Positions 28,462 to 38,200 of a stretch of 64,000 nt of DNA are shown in pieces (position 1 is the stretch's first letter; each line of letters opens with the position of its first letter). The stretch covers positions 3,648 to 67,647 of the forward strand of contig JBJEHA010000013.1 in assembly GCA_051875605.1 (NCBI GenBank), in the 5' to 3' direction. The position numbers and the translations under genes are program-made. This DNA comes from Prevotella sp. GTDB lineage: Bacteria; Bacteroidota; Bacteroidia; Bacteroidales; Bacteroidaceae. The notes under the pieces are model-generated. The model had not been told where the DNA came from. It did not search any database and worked only from the letters and a program-made list of their open reading frames with translations.

Positions 28462-29898
28462 TTATTCTTTTTCAGGAGATATAACCTTCTGGGGAAAAAA
28501 ACTGCTGCCATCAAAACAGTGGGTACATACCTTGCATTTTGGCAGACCAATTGACTTGATAAGCGTTTCGATCTTATTGAACTTTAATGAAGTAAGCCCC
28601 AGCCGTTTACGCATTTCCTCAACCATTTTCCTGTATTCTTTGGAATCTGTAGTCGCGTATGCACCGAGATTATTACTTTCATCCCCCTCAAAGTCCTTGA
28701 TAATCCGTCTTGACAGTAATTCAAGATCACTCTTCGATGTGGTAAAGCCAATAAAAGGGCAGCCATAGACAAGTGGTGGACATGATATACGTGCATGCAC
28801 CTCTTTTGCACCGTAATCATAGAACATCTTGACATTATCACGCAATTGTGTTCCTCGTACAATGGAATCATCACAGAAAACGACCCTTTTATCCGTCAGT
28901 ATGGCTCTATTGGGAATAAGCTTCATCTTTGCGACAAGACTTCTTCTCGTCTGGTTACCTGGTGTGAAGCTACGGGGCCATGTAGGTGTATATTTAAGAA
29001 CAGCTCTCTTATAGGGTATCTGTTTGCCTTCTGCATATCCTAATGCAATTCCTACTCCAGAATCCGGTACTCCACATACACAATCGGCATCAACTTCATC
29101 TTCTTTGCCCATCAAGAATCCATTCCGTTCACGGAAGTCTTCAACATTGACTCCTTCATAATCACTTGCGGGAAAACCATAATAGACCCATAGGAAAGAA
29201 CAGATTTGCTCATGTTCAAATGGGTTCTGGAGGACTTCCATCCTGTCTGCATGAAGTCTGACGATCTCTCCAGGGCCGACATCCCTTACGGTGTGGTAAT
29301 CAAGATTAGGAAAACTAGATGTCTCACTTGAGGCTGCATAAGCACCATCTTTCCTTCCGATGACAATGGGGGTTCGTCCAAGAGGATCTCGTGCTGCAAT
29401 GATTCCATCTTCTGTCAGAACCAGCACAGAGCAGGAACCTTTCACTTTTTGATAAACCTTGTTTATACCATCTACAAAAGAGTTTCCTTGATTGATAAGC
29501 AATGCGATTAATTCAGTCTGGTTGATATCATTGGCAGACAATTCACTGAAGTGCATACGTTCCTTTAGCAGTTCGTCCGCTATTTCCCTGATATTATTGA
29601 CTTTTGCAACAGTGACAACAGCATAACGTCCAAGATGTGAATTGACAATAATGGGCTGAGGATCCGTATCACTGATAACACCTAAGCCTTGACATCCTGT
29701 AAACTCGTCTAATTCGTCTTCAAACTTTGAACGGAAATAATCCCGTTCCAGATTATGAATTTTCCTGCTGAATCCTTTTTCCTTATCAAATGTGACCATG
29801 CCTCCTCGCCTTGTTCCAAGATGTGAGTTGTAGTCTGTTCCGTAAAAAACGTCATTTACACAATCCTTGACAGAAATAGTTCCAAAAAAACCACCCAT
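28462..29898 (-). CDS. purF: Amidophosphoribosyltransferase-like protein lacking the N-terminal catalytic Cys
   Basis: PRPP-binding VVFCDDSIVRGT, GVPDSG, ARDPLGRTP and Fe-S-type Cys (ICSF, ISCPP, CKVCTHC); N-terminus is MGGFFG instead of MCG. Confidence 0.85.
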   Translation of the reverse strand: MGGFFGTISVKDCVNDVFYGTDYNSHLGTRRGGMVTFDKEKGFSRKIHNLERDYFRSKFEDELDEFTGCQGLGVISDTDPQPIIVNSHLGRYAVVTVAKVNNIREIADELLKERMHFSELSANDINQTELIALLINQGNSFVDGINKVYQKVKGSCSVLVLTEDGIIAARDPLGRTPIVIGRKDGAYAASSETSSFPNLDYHTVRDVGPGEIVRLHADRMEVLQNPFEHEQICSFLWVYYGFPASDYEGVNVEDFRERNGFLMGKEDEVDADCVCGVPDSGVGIALGYAEGKQIPYKRAVLKYTPTWPRSFTPGNQTRRSLVAKMKLIPNRAILTDKRVVFCDDSIVRGTQLRDNVKMFYDYGAKEVHARISCPPLVYGCPFIGFTTSKSDLELLSRRIIKDFEGDESNNLGAYATTDSKEYRKMVEEMRKRLGLTSLKFNKIETLIKSIGLPKCKVCTHCFDGSSFFPQKVISPEKE

Positions 29899-30056
29899 TG
29901 ACTTATCGAATTATAATTTGATACAATCTTCAGAAAACGTGCTTCGATTTCCGCGTGCAAAAGTACAAAAAAAACGCAGTTCAAGAAAAAGAGCATTCAT
30001 TTTTCTGTAAAAACATCTGTCAATAGTATGTCAAAGGCACGTTTAATGGAACATGC

Positions 30057-30095
30057 AAAAAGCCGCAGCATGGTCTGGAAACACCGCTACGGCTT
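30057..30095 (-). terminator. Intrinsic terminator
   Basis: AAGCCGCAGC/GCTACGGCTT stem with a preceding A-run, downstream of the stop at 30147. Confidence 0.55.
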
Positions 30096-30146
30096 AAGAA
30101 TAATTATTATATGGATTTGCTATTGATAAAGCCAGAAAATATCAGG

Positions 30147-31772
30147 TCAGAACTTATATCCAAGCGTCATAATCAGCTGACTATGCTTCTTTGTCACTTT
30201 TACTGCATTTGAATAGTTATCTATTTTGTCGATTTGTGCCTGGTTATTATCATCTATGTAATGATAGTCGCCCCAACTATCCATAAACGGATAGAAATCA
30301 CCTTTAGTAGCACTATACTGACATGCCAGATCAATTGTGAAATTCTTGTGTGAATACCCAACTCCAGCCGTTATCCTGTTCGTAGCTTTCCAGTTTGTAT
30401 AGTCAGTTGCACTGCTATAATTAGAACCGTATGAATCTATAGACCCGTCTTTATAGCCGGACGACTTGAACATAGGTGACACATAGTTATAACCCAATCT
30501 AAGCGACACACCGGGATATGGTTTTTCCTCTATACCCAGCTTAAATGTACTGACACCTTTCAGCGTGCGTTTGGTGTGCTGGTTCATGGCCAGGTCACTG
30601 CTGCTTTCTTCATAATAATCCCCCCACCATTCATCGAAATATCCACCATCGTTCACACGCGTATCGATTCTGCTGTAATCAGCGTACTCGTATGAAGCGC
30701 CGATAGCCAGAAAGTCTCCAATGGTATGCCCGATACTCGCTCCAAATGTCCATGGCGTATATACCTTGAAATCATAGGCAGCTGAAGCCACATAATTATT
30801 ATTATAACCTGAAATATTGGTATTGTTTACAAGATATGTATAGTTTGTAGTACGCAGGTCATAAAAAGTGGGCGTTGCAACCGAAATACCTATACGGAAC
30901 GGAGATTCCTCCATCGGCCGGAATATCACACCGCCCTTGATATCAAAACCCGTTCCAGTTATCCTACGTTCGTCACACACGGTCAGACTGCCAATAGGCT
31001 GATTGCTGAAATTAAGGACATTCTCAGTATATTCACTGATTCCTTTGTAGTGTACATCGTGAATACCTACTGTAAGTCCCAGGTAAACGCGGTCATTGAT
31101 GTTTCCACTGATATTCATATCGTATTCTCCGATATATCCGCTGCTAGAACGACCAAACATATAACCGTCTGACATATTATATCCAGAAGCACCAGAATTG
31201 TCAAAAATAAATGTATTATAGTACAGATTGTCGAGCTGATTGGTATAGTAATTCGTACCCATCAGTCTGTTGTTTTCCTTAACGACATTGAGGGCACCTT
31301 GTGGATCATCCCCAATGGCCTTGATGAACGAAAGAGTGTTTTGTGAAGCCTTGTTCTCTCCTGAAAAAACATCACTGGCCGTAAGGATGTAGTCAAAATT
31401 CTTGCTCTTATGGTAGTTAAAGGCAACATTGAGGAATGATTTCCTTCCACTCTTCATGGCATATACGAATCCTATCTGGTCGAAACTCATGTTTGTCTTG
31501 TTTCCATATCTGAAATCACCGGCGTCTTTCTGATTGAGCACACCGAACGAAACCGTAGCCTGGCTTTTCCGGAACAGGCCGATACCAGCAGGATTTGTGG
31601 CGATGGTTGAAATATCAGCTCCCAGTGCGTCCATTGCACCTCCCATACCCACATATCGTGCGGTTCCGTTCAGGTCTTTGTCTATCAGTTTCGTGTTTTC
31701 ATACGTTTCCTGGGCAAGGCCGACCGTTGTCAGGCACACCATTGCCACAGTCATGGTTAATATTCTTTTCAT
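30147..31772 (-). CDS. Outer-membrane beta-barrel, OmpP1/FadL-like family
   Basis: Signal peptide; GTARYVGMGGAMDALGADISTIATNPAGIG signature; terminal LGYKF. Confidence 0.8.
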   Translation of the reverse strand: MKRILTMTVAMVCLTTVGLAQETYENTKLIDKDLNGTARYVGMGGAMDALGADISTIATNPAGIGLFRKSQATVSFGVLNQKDAGDFRYGNKTNMSFDQIGFVYAMKSGRKSFLNVAFNYHKSKNFDYILTASDVFSGENKASQNTLSFIKAIGDDPQGALNVVKENNRLMGTNYYTNQLDNLYYNTFIFDNSGASGYNMSDGYMFGRSSSGYIGEYDMNISGNINDRVYLGLTVGIHDVHYKGISEYTENVLNFSNQPIGSLTVCDERRITGTGFDIKGGVIFRPMEESPFRIGISVATPTFYDLRTTNYTYLVNNTNISGYNNNYVASAAYDFKVYTPWTFGASIGHTIGDFLAIGASYEYADYSRIDTRVNDGGYFDEWWGDYYEESSSDLAMNQHTKRTLKGVSTFKLGIEEKPYPGVSLRLGYNYVSPMFKSSGYKDGSIDSYGSNYSSATDYTNWKATNRITAGVGYSHKNFTIDLACQYSATKGDFYPFMDSWGDYHYIDDNNQAQIDKIDNYSNAVKVTKKHSQLIMTLGYKF

Positions 31773-31822
31773 AATTGACGAATTATCAGTTTATACTTTT
31801 ACAGTTTTACGATATCCTCACT

Positions 31823-32749
31823 TTATCTTCTTCCGCCCATACGCGTGCCGCCTCCAGCATTACCTCTGCTGCCTCCCATCGCAGCTCCGGAACCGCCTCC
31901 AAAAGACCCGCTGCCAACAGAAGACGACCGAGTTCCTCCAAACGTTGAGCCATAGGAATTGTTCCGGGTGTTCCCAAAACTGTTCTGCTGGTTGTACGTA
32001 CCTGTTGTGGAAGAAGTCCGTCTGGTTCCGAAGCCAGTGTTTCCATATACCCCTGAACCATTAGCTGTATTTCTGGAATAAAGACCACTTCCATTGCGGT
32101 TACCCACATATCTCCCACCTGAAGAATAGTTTGACCTGTCATAGAAGGCAAGGGTTCCTGTATGCCCAGTACGATAATAGCTTACAGGTCTTGTCCATCT
32201 GTAATATGCCCATCCACCATAATACCATGGGTGATAATAATGATAGGAATAATATGGCCATCCCCATCCGTAACCATAGCAATACCACGGATCGTACCAT
32301 CCCCAATACCACGGATCATACCATCCCCAGCCAGTACGCCAGTAAGGATATCCCCAGCCATACCATGGGTCATACCAACCCCAATAGTCATCAAACCTGT
32401 TCATGCGCCTACTATAGCCGTAATCCTCATCCGGATCATAGGAATCATAGCCAGGTGCTGCGGCATACAGTGAATCCGGATATTCCCCGTTCCCTGGCTC
32501 AAAATCAAATATATCGTTGCCCAGAGAATCTGTGGCTATGGTCTGGTATGTGCTGCGGAAACGTCCCTGCCTATTATATTCGTCCACATCCCTTGAACTT
32601 CCCACATAATATGGAGGCCGTTCCGGAACAGCACGCCGTGGTGCCGCTTTTTCCTTTTCCACCTTTTTAGGTGTGAAATACATATCGTCGTCCTGTGCTG
32701 AAACCGACAACGTGAAAAAGAGTGCAAAAACAAGATATAAACTTTTCAT
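31823..32749 (-). CDS. Exported Trp/Tyr/Gly-rich low-complexity protein
   Basis: Signal peptide MKSLYLVFALFFTLSVSA (ATG 32749), DDDMYF motif, WYDPWY repeats, Gly/Ser-rich tail. Confidence 0.72.
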   Translation of the reverse strand: MKSLYLVFALFFTLSVSAQDDDMYFTPKKVEKEKAAPRRAVPERPPYYVGSSRDVDEYNRQGRFRSTYQTIATDSLGNDIFDFEPGNGEYPDSLYAAAPGYDSYDPDEDYGYSRRMNRFDDYWGWYDPWYGWGYPYWRTGWGWYDPWYWGWYDPWYCYGYGWGWPYYSYHYYHPWYYGGWAYYRWTRPVSYYRTGHTGTLAFYDRSNYSSGGRYVGNRNGSGLYSRNTANGSGVYGNTGFGTRRTSSTTGTYNQQNSFGNTRNNSYGSTFGGTRSSSVGSGSFGGGSGAAMGGSRGNAGGGTRMGGRR

Positions 32750-32950
32750 GTTCAATCCTTTCTCATAGGTTTCAATTTTCATAATGCAAAAATACTGCTT
32801 TATCTCCTGCAAAAATACGGAAAAACCCTAAAGGAAGATAGGCTTTTCCCTATTTTTATGTTTTTTTAGGGACATTGTCAGGATGCCCGGGAGCAGACAA
32901 CGTTTATTTGCCGGCAAAATTGTACTTTTGCATATCAAATACATTTTTAT

Positions 32951-33829
32951 ATGAAATATCTTTCCGCCCGATTTATCATTTCTACGGCACCATCCTGCAT
33001 GCAGGTGTGCAAGGACCTGCTGGCCGACATGGCCGGTGAGGCCGGTTTTGAATCGTTTGAAGAAACTGGAGAGGGACTCATTGGCTACGTGCAGACCACC
33101 TTTTTTGACCGTACACTGCTCGATACGCTTATTCAGGACTTTCCCATAGAACAGACTACCATTACCTATACCGTAAGTGAAATGGAGGATAAGGACTGGA
33201 ACGAGAACTGGGAAGAGGCCGGATTTGAACCCATTTCCATAGACAGGCGTTGCGTTATCTACGATGCCAAGCATACGGATATGGCGACAGAGACGGAAAA
33301 GAGTGTGCAAGACGGACGCCTAAGGGTCTTCATCGAAGCCAGGCAGGCTTTTGGTACAGGCACACACCAGACCACCCGGATGATGACTACCGCGTTGCTT
33401 AACATGGACCTGAAAGGTAAAAGAGTGCTCGATTGTGGATGCGGAACAGGCATTCTGGCCATTGTTGCCTCGCGATGCGGGTGTTCTGAGGCTATGGGCT
33501 ATGACATTGACGAATGGAGCGTGAGCAACGCCATGCACAACAGCGTTGTCAATGGTGTGGAGAATCTTTCTGTCTTATTGGGCGATGCCGGAATCCTGAC
33601 ACCGGAAAAAGGGCTGTTTGACGTGGTTCTGGCCAACATCAACCGCAACATCCTACTTCAGGACATGCCAAGATTCGTGGAACGCATGTCTGGAACAGCC
33701 ATACTTGCAATGAGCGGATTCCTTGTTGAAGACTGTGGACTGATTGAGCAGAAAGCACTGAGTCTGGGACTGAAGCGAATGGATATGCAGACTGAAGACG
33801 GATGGGCCTGCATGTCTTTCATGCGCTGA
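32951..33829 (+). CDS. prmA: Ribosomal protein L11 methyltransferase
   Basis: AFGTGTHQTT, VLDCGCGTGILA, LANINRN; TACTTTTG -7 box at 32923-32930. Confidence 0.92.
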   Translation: MKYLSARFIISTAPSCMQVCKDLLADMAGEAGFESFEETGEGLIGYVQTTFFDRTLLDTLIQDFPIEQTTITYTVSEMEDKDWNENWEEAGFEPISIDRRCVIYDAKHTDMATETEKSVQDGRLRVFIEARQAFGTGTHQTTRMMTTALLNMDLKGKRVLDCGCGTGILAIVASRCGCSEAMGYDIDEWSVSNAMHNSVVNGVENLSVLLGDAGILTPEKGLFDVVLANINRNILLQDMPRFVERMSGTAILAMSGFLVEDCGLIEQKALSLGLKRMDMQTEDGWACMSFMR

Positions 33830-34702
33830 TCACCATACAATGTCCTGATTGCCAATGGTCAGTTTCTTCATGTCGTAGAACGAACCATTGTAGATGTTGA
33901 AGTCAACATACCCTTTTATGCCGGGAAGCTTTCCCGCATCGGTATGTTGCCAGAATTTCCATGGTCCCTTGTATTCCACCTTTTTTACATAATAGTGGGC
34001 TATCCAATAGGGATAGTCATCGAATACAGGGGCACTGAGATAGTTTTCCTTAAATTTATAATAGGTATATATGATGGGCTTCACATGGTACCTGTCTTCC
34101 ACGATGTGCAGCCAAGTGAGCACGTCTCTCTGGAAATCCTCCACCGACTGGTTCTTGGGCTTGTGCTCCACGTCAAGCACCGGCGGCAGGTCGCCTTCCT
34201 CCAGATGTACCTGTTTCAGGAAGAAATAGGCCTGTTCGCGTGCGCTGGACTTGTTGCTCCAGAAATGATACGCGCCACGTATATAGCCATATTCGCGTGC
34301 CTGATAGAAATTGTCATTGAAGTTCTCGTCCAACCGGCTCGACCCTTCCGTGGCCTTGATCATGATGAAACGCAGTGGACAGCCTTCTATCATGCCATGC
34401 CGCAGTTCCTCCCAGTCTATCTCCCCTTGGTAGTGCGAGATGTCAATACCGTGTATTTCGTAGCCATCAGGATAGTTGGCGTCGCCGAAGAGCGCGCGCC
34501 AGCGGAAACCGGTCGGGCTGACAAAGAAGAAATAGAATGCCCATACATAGACAATCACGATGCCCACGCCTCCGGACCACCATGCCCATCGGGGAGAGCC
34601 AGCAAGCATCGGAATGAGGCCGCCTTTGTGCGCGCCCTTACTGCGACGTGCCTTCCTGCCCGCCGTCCTTCTGTGTTTTTCCGGTGCGTGTCTCTTAATC
34701 AT
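33830..34702 (-). CDS. GH25 lysozyme family protein, membrane anchored
   Basis: HGIDISHYQG, IKATEG, PPVLDVE, WQHTDAG motifs; N-terminal transmembrane helix. Confidence 0.88.
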   Translation of the reverse strand: MIKRHAPEKHRRTAGRKARRSKGAHKGGLIPMLAGSPRWAWWSGGVGIVIVYVWAFYFFFVSPTGFRWRALFGDANYPDGYEIHGIDISHYQGEIDWEELRHGMIEGCPLRFIMIKATEGSSRLDENFNDNFYQAREYGYIRGAYHFWSNKSSAREQAYFFLKQVHLEEGDLPPVLDVEHKPKNQSVEDFQRDVLTWLHIVEDRYHVKPIIYTYYKFKENYLSAPVFDDYPYWIAHYYVKKVEYKGPWKFWQHTDAGKLPGIKGYVDFNIYNGSFYDMKKLTIGNQDIVW

Positions 34703-34721
34703 GTATGTATGGAAAAGGGGG

Positions 34722-34757
34722 AAAAAGAACGGGAAGTGGAAGGGATGCCACTTCCCG
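34722..34757 (-). terminator. Intrinsic terminator after pfp
   Basis: CGGGAAGTGG/CCACTTCCCG 10-bp stem with upstream A-runs. Confidence 0.65.
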
Positions 34758-34789
34758 CCTTGTCTGTCTATAGCCTGTTGACGGCTGTT

Positions 34790-36430
34790 TTACTGCTGCT
34801 CGAGCACAAGTGTTTTGGTGGTCTGGTCGCAGACTACGCTCGGTCCCCAGTACTGGATGGGGCCAGGATATACGTAGCAGGTGTTGTTGGCCCATTCCTC
34901 GCGATGAGCGGCGAAAGTCTTGAATGGCTTGCCGTCGAGGTCAACGAGTGCCTTGCGGATGACAGGCTTCATTTCGCCGTTTCTGCGCTCCATGTTCATC
35001 ATCATGGTAATGGGCACACCGCCGGCTTTCCAGTCATCGGTCTTGGCTGTGGTGTTCTTCACGATGGCCATGTAGCCAGTCTTGCCGTTGGCGATGAGCT
35101 GCACGGCACTTGTACCGAGTGCATAGCAATAGTCGGCATCGAAATTGGAAGGAGCGGCGCAGCGTCCTTCATAGCCGAAGAAATGGTGCTGCGGAGCGAA
35201 CTTGCCCACGAACTTGCCTTCCTTGGCCCACTCGTCGAGCTTGGTGCCCACCATTTCGGAAATGAGCTTCTCGGTCTCTATGAGCGATACCTGCACGTTG
35301 CCGTGGGGGTCGCGGTCGAGTGAGAGCTGGCGTGCCACATCCTCGGGCAGAGTCTCGAACGTGGCCTTGTTGGCTTCGCTCAGATGAGCCAGGATGTACT
35401 GGCGCTGGGCGTCCTTGTCCAGGTCCTTGTAGTCTGCGCCATGGGCGGCAAGCAGGTCGTTAAGCTCCTGAATCAGGCGGCCGATGGCAGGGATGAACTC
35501 GATGAGTCCCTCGGGAATAAGCACCACACCGAAGTTGTTGCCCTGTTCTGCGCGCTTGGCCACGGCAGCGGCAATCTGCTCCACGATTTCATTGAGGGTC
35601 TGGTCCTTGGCTTCCACCTCTTCGGAAACGAGGCAGATGTTGGGCTGGCACTGCAGGGCGCACTCAAGGGCGATATGCGAGGCTGAGCGTCCCATGAGCT
35701 TGATGAAGTGCCAGTATTTGCGGGCGGAGTTGCAGTCGCGCTCAATGTTGCCGATCAGCTCGGCATAGGTCTTGCAGGCAGTGTCGAAACCGAAGGAAGT
35801 CTCGATCTGGTCGTTCTTCAGGTCGCCGTCGATGGTCTTGGGACAGCCGATGACCTGCACGCCATAGTTCTTTGCAGCATAGTATTCTGCAAGCACACAG
35901 GCATTGGTGTTGGAGTCATCGCCGCCGATGATGACGATAGCCTTGATGTCAAGCTGACGGATGATTTCCAGTCCTTTCTCGAACTGGTCCACCTTTTCGA
36001 GCTTGGTGCGTCCGGAACCGATCATGTCGAAACCGCCAGTGTTGCGGTAGTCGTTGATGAAGTCGGCAGTGATTTCAATGTATTTGTGGTCAACCAGTCC
36101 GCCGGGTCCCATGAGGAAACCGTAGAGGCGGTTTTCGGGGTTGAGCTTCTTGATGGCGTCGAACAGACCGGAAATGACGTTGTGTCCGCCGGGAGCCTGT
36201 CCGCCGCTCAGGATAACACCCACGTTCATGGCCTTGCTCAGGGATTCCTGGCCTTCCACGAACTCTACGAGCGGCATTCCATAGGTATTGGGGAAGAGCT
36301 TCTTGATTTCTTCCTGGTTATCCACGCTCTGTGTAGGAGCACCCTCCTGCACCTTTACTGCGCCCTGAAGCGCTTTGGGCAATTTAGGCTGATAGGCAGC
36401 CCTTTCTTTCTGCAATGCACTTTTTTCCAT
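34790..36430 (-). CDS. pfp: Pyrophosphate-dependent phosphofructokinase
   Basis: [36 protein letters not shown]; -7 box TAATTTTG at 36482-36489 on the minus strand. Confidence 0.93.
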   Translation of the reverse strand: MEKSALQKERAAYQPKLPKALQGAVKVQEGAPTQSVDNQEEIKKLFPNTYGMPLVEFVEGQESLSKAMNVGVILSGGQAPGGHNVISGLFDAIKKLNPENRLYGFLMGPGGLVDHKYIEITADFINDYRNTGGFDMIGSGRTKLEKVDQFEKGLEIIRQLDIKAIVIIGGDDSNTNACVLAEYYAAKNYGVQVIGCPKTIDGDLKNDQIETSFGFDTACKTYAELIGNIERDCNSARKYWHFIKLMGRSASHIALECALQCQPNICLVSEEVEAKDQTLNEIVEQIAAAVAKRAEQGNNFGVVLIPEGLIEFIPAIGRLIQELNDLLAAHGADYKDLDKDAQRQYILAHLSEANKATFETLPEDVARQLSLDRDPHGNVQVSLIETEKLISEMVGTKLDEWAKEGKFVGKFAPQHHFFGYEGRCAAPSNFDADYCYALGTSAVQLIANGKTGYMAIVKNTTAKTDDWKAGGVPITMMMNMERRNGEMKPVIRKALVDLDGKPFKTFAAHREEWANNTCYVYPGPIQYWGPSVVCDQTTKTLVLEQQ

Positions 36431-36624
36431 TTCTTGTTATAAATAAAATATGATGTTTTGGTTTTGTTCTCTTATCCTCTGCAAAATTACTGATTTTCCG
36501 CGAAATGATAAAACAATCGGACAAGAAAACGTGCTTTTGAAGCCAGAAATAGCCATTGAAAGACAACTCTCTGTCAGAAATACGATGAAAGGAGTTTGGG
36601 CGGAACAGAGAAATGTGTTTTTGA

Positions 36625-37166
36625 CAAATTGTCACATTTTCGTTCATTTCTGTGACACTTTGATTTTTCAGGATTATGAAAAAAAGGCGGTTTGAGGCTG
36701 ATTTTCATGTTAATAAGTGTGAATTGTCGGATTTTTGCACAAAACGGGAAAATTAGTTAAGTGTTAGGGGGGAAACACTTAACTGTTTCCGGAAAATTAG
36801 TTAACTGTTTTCGTTCCGGCACTTAAGTGTTTTTGAGGAAAAACTTAACTGTTTCGGGGCAAAAACTCAGGTTTTTCGGCCTCAAAACCGTGATTTTCCA
36901 GCCAAAAGTGTGGAAAAAGGGGGTTGAAAATTGCACAAATCGCGTGTTTTGTGCGTAAATTTAACGGATTTTAGGTTAAAATTGGACGGTTTTTATTAAC
37001 ACTTTCCGTCCATAAAAACTTATCTTATTGATTATCAACGGTTTTCAAAAAAGGTCTCTGAAACCGAGAAATTCCGCTGGCGTTCAAAAATACACTTCCG
37101 TCTGATTCTTCAGAAATGGCCGGAAAATCAAAGTGTAAGCAAAAGTGTTAAAAAAATGACACTTTG
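36625..37166 (-). repeat. 542-bp dispersed intergenic element, copy 4 (reverse orientation)
   Basis: End modules at 36625-36662 and 37129-37166; first TTAA box at offset 319. Confidence 0.95.
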
Positions 37167-37356
37167 ATTTTCAGACAGATCCGGTCAATGCCCGTATGTC
37201 TGCGTGATGTCAGTTGCCCTGCAGGAAACGGCAGTGGAGCATCCAGACTGTGTGCCCAAACAGTCTGCAACACTTTTTTGACGGATTTTTCATACAAATG
37301 CTTGCAATTATTGTTTTTTTTCCTATCTTTGGCCTTGAATTTACATCAACCAACTT

Positions 37357-37629
37357 ATGGCAAGCAGAAAAGACTTGAAGCGTACCATCAATCTGATGTG
37401 TAGCGCATTGTTTGCAGAATGTACTGCAGCGTACCTCTACACGGGGAACATCAAACAGGAAGACGCCAACAACCTGTTAGCGTCCATCGTGCGTATCCAC
37501 AGCGACTACATCAGCCGCATTTCGCATGTGGAGCCCGGCATCCCTGCCAAAAAGTATTTCAGAGCGATAATCGACCAGTTCAACCAACAGATCTCGGAGA
37601 TTATCGACCAGATTGCAAACTTGAACTAA
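37357..37629 (+). CDS. Small hypothetical protein
   Basis: 90-aa ORF downstream of a TATCTTTG -7 box (37324-37331); first gene of a co-oriented run. Confidence 0.7.
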   Translation: MASRKDLKRTINLMCSALFAECTAAYLYTGNIKQEDANNLLASIVRIHSDYISRISHVEPGIPAKKYFRAIIDQFNQQISEIIDQIANLN

Positions 37630-37642
37630 AGGACGGCACTCT

Positions 37643-38200
37643 ATGTTGCAAAAACTCTGCGCTTGGCTGTTATACAAGCGTATGGGCTGGCTGAAGGAAA
37701 TCACTCAGGACCAGCCCGACAAATACATTATCTGTTTCGCACCACATACAAGTAACTGGGATTTTGTCGTCGGCCAGCTCTTTGCTGTAGCCGAAGGCAT
37801 GAAGAGCAATTTCCTCATGAAAAAGGAATGGTTCTTCTGGCCGTTGGGCTTGCTCTTCAGGCACATCGGCGGCATTCCCGTGGACCGGAACAGGAAGACA
37901 AGTCTCACCGACACGCTCGCACAGACCGCAAAGGAGTGCGACCGGTTCTCCCTATGCGTATCGCCCGAAGGCACACGCTCACGGAATGCTGAATGGAAGA
38001 AGGGATTCTACTACATTGCCTACAAAGCCGGGCTGCCCATACTGCTCTATGCCCTGGACTATGAAAGGAAACTCATCAGCTGCACGAAGACCGTTGTACC
38101 GTCCGGCGATTTCGACAAGGACATGAAGGAGATCAAGCTTTATTATAAGAATGTCAAGGGTAAGCACCCTGAACTGTTCACCATAGGAGACTTGGGATGA
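37643..38200 (+). CDS. 1-acyl-sn-glycerol-3-phosphate acyltransferase (PlsC family)
   Basis: HxxxxD motif APHTSNWD and SPEGTR. Confidence 0.85.
   Translation: MLQKLCAWLLYKRMGWLKEITQDQPDKYIICFAPHTSNWDFVVGQLFAVAEGMKSNFLMKKEWFFWPLGLLFRHIGGIPVDRNRKTSLTDTLAQTAKECDRFSLCVSPEGTRSRNAEWKKGFYYIAYKAGLPILLYALDYERKLISCTKTVVPSGDFDKDMKEIKLYYKNVKGKHPELFTIGDLG

Noticed and set aside
33944-35323. 459-aa plus-strand ORF opposite the GH25 gene and pfp
   Set aside because: Antisense shadow of well-supported genes with GC-rich third positions; no recognisable motifs.
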